From: Hormiphora californensis
Taxonomy: Eukaryota; Animalia; Ctenophora
Length of the DNA: 64,000 nt
Reading direction: 5' to 3'
Assembly: GCA_020137815.1 (NCBI GenBank)
Contig: CM035354.1
Span: 806,001 to 870,000, forward strand
The position numbers and the translations under genes were made by a program. The notes beneath the pieces were generated by a model. The model ran no database searches. It had not been told where the DNA came from and saw nothing but the letters and a program-made list of their open reading frames with translations. Below, in pieces: positions 63,182-64,000 of the stretch (within the stretch, counting starts at the first letter, position 1; every line of letters starts with the position of its first letter).

Positions 63182-63679
63182 AGGGGCCTGGAGGGAATAC
63201 CGCGCTAGGGGGGAATATATAATCAATAATATCTCCGGTTCCAGATAAGGTACAGAAATCGTTTTGGTAGCGTTGGAAAGAAGAAGATAACAGCTTTCAA
63301 ATGCAACCAGTTTCAGGTCTCTATCTTATCAGGAACAGGAGATATGAACCAAACTCCGCAAAATCGAGTGCGGTAAAATAAAAAAATTCGAAATTTTAAT
63401 TCAAATTTGAAACAAAGTGTTCCTGCAGGGACCTGTGACGTCACTTTTTGAAAACAACCAATCTTTGAACGGCTATTGCTCAGCCTCCTCAAGTCCAATT
63501 AACTTTTCTCAAAAACAGCAAGGTAGATAATTGTCAGATCTAACAGCTAGTGAAAGAATCAAGCCAAACGGACTTCAGGGGCCAAAGTTATAAGCACCGC
63601 CGTTTTTTCGACCGCAAAGTTATTTTCGACCCAGCCGAGCTCAGACCAAACGCGCGCGCGGCATTCCCTCCAGTCCCCT
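63182..63679. mobile_element. TIR element (MITE-like)
   Basis: AGGGGCCTGGAGGGAATACCGCGC ... GCGCGGCATTCCCTCCAGTCCCCT. TSD not clear. Confidence 0.6.
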
Positions 63680-64000
63680 CGTTGCGGGGGTGCGCGCATG
63701 AGGGGGCTGCAGCGCATTCCAACAACAAAACTTGAAAATTTCACATTTTAAGAATTTCGGCTCAGTTATTTAAATACGTCCGCGCGGCGCCACCCACAGA
63801 ATGCGCAGATAAGTTTTGCGCGCTTCAAACCAGGTCTACATACTTGCGCGCAGCTGAACTCTCTGAAACGTTTGGCGTTCGCGCCCGCCGATGAGTCGTG
63901 GATTTTGGACGCGTGTACCTCCGGACCAAAATGTTGAATATTCCTATTTCGTGTATTTATCAGGAACAGATTGTAGGACACATAAACACACTGATATACG

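Overview
Eukaryotic, intron-rich animal DNA, most likely a ctenophore (Pleurobrachia-like). That call rests on recalled dispersed repeats and GPCR style, not on a database search. Three multi-exon genes lie in tandem on the - strand: SLC12A8 (62573-56246); a roughly 41-exon type I membrane receptor with about 30 Sushi/CCP repeats, one CUB domain, a TM helix and a long tail (55394-21851); and a TTLL6/13 tubulin polyglutamylase (19989-4883). Four genes with intronless CDS are nested in their introns: two rhodopsin-class GPCRs, a papain-family cathepsin with ShKT and Cys-rich C-terminal extensions, and a single-ORF fusion of an OSTalpha/TMEM184 7-TM domain to an SGNH/GDSL esterase with an intact Ser-Asp-His set. 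That fusion is the strongest candidate for an undescribed system. Introns hold many non-autonomous DNA transposons (hAT with 8-bp TSDs including a hAT inside a hAT, a PIF-like foldback, pogo-like and poly-G-ended elements), (GA)n tracts, and tandem repeats that often duplicate the splice sites themselves. Exon coordinates were traced by hand from GT-AG boundaries and frame continuity.
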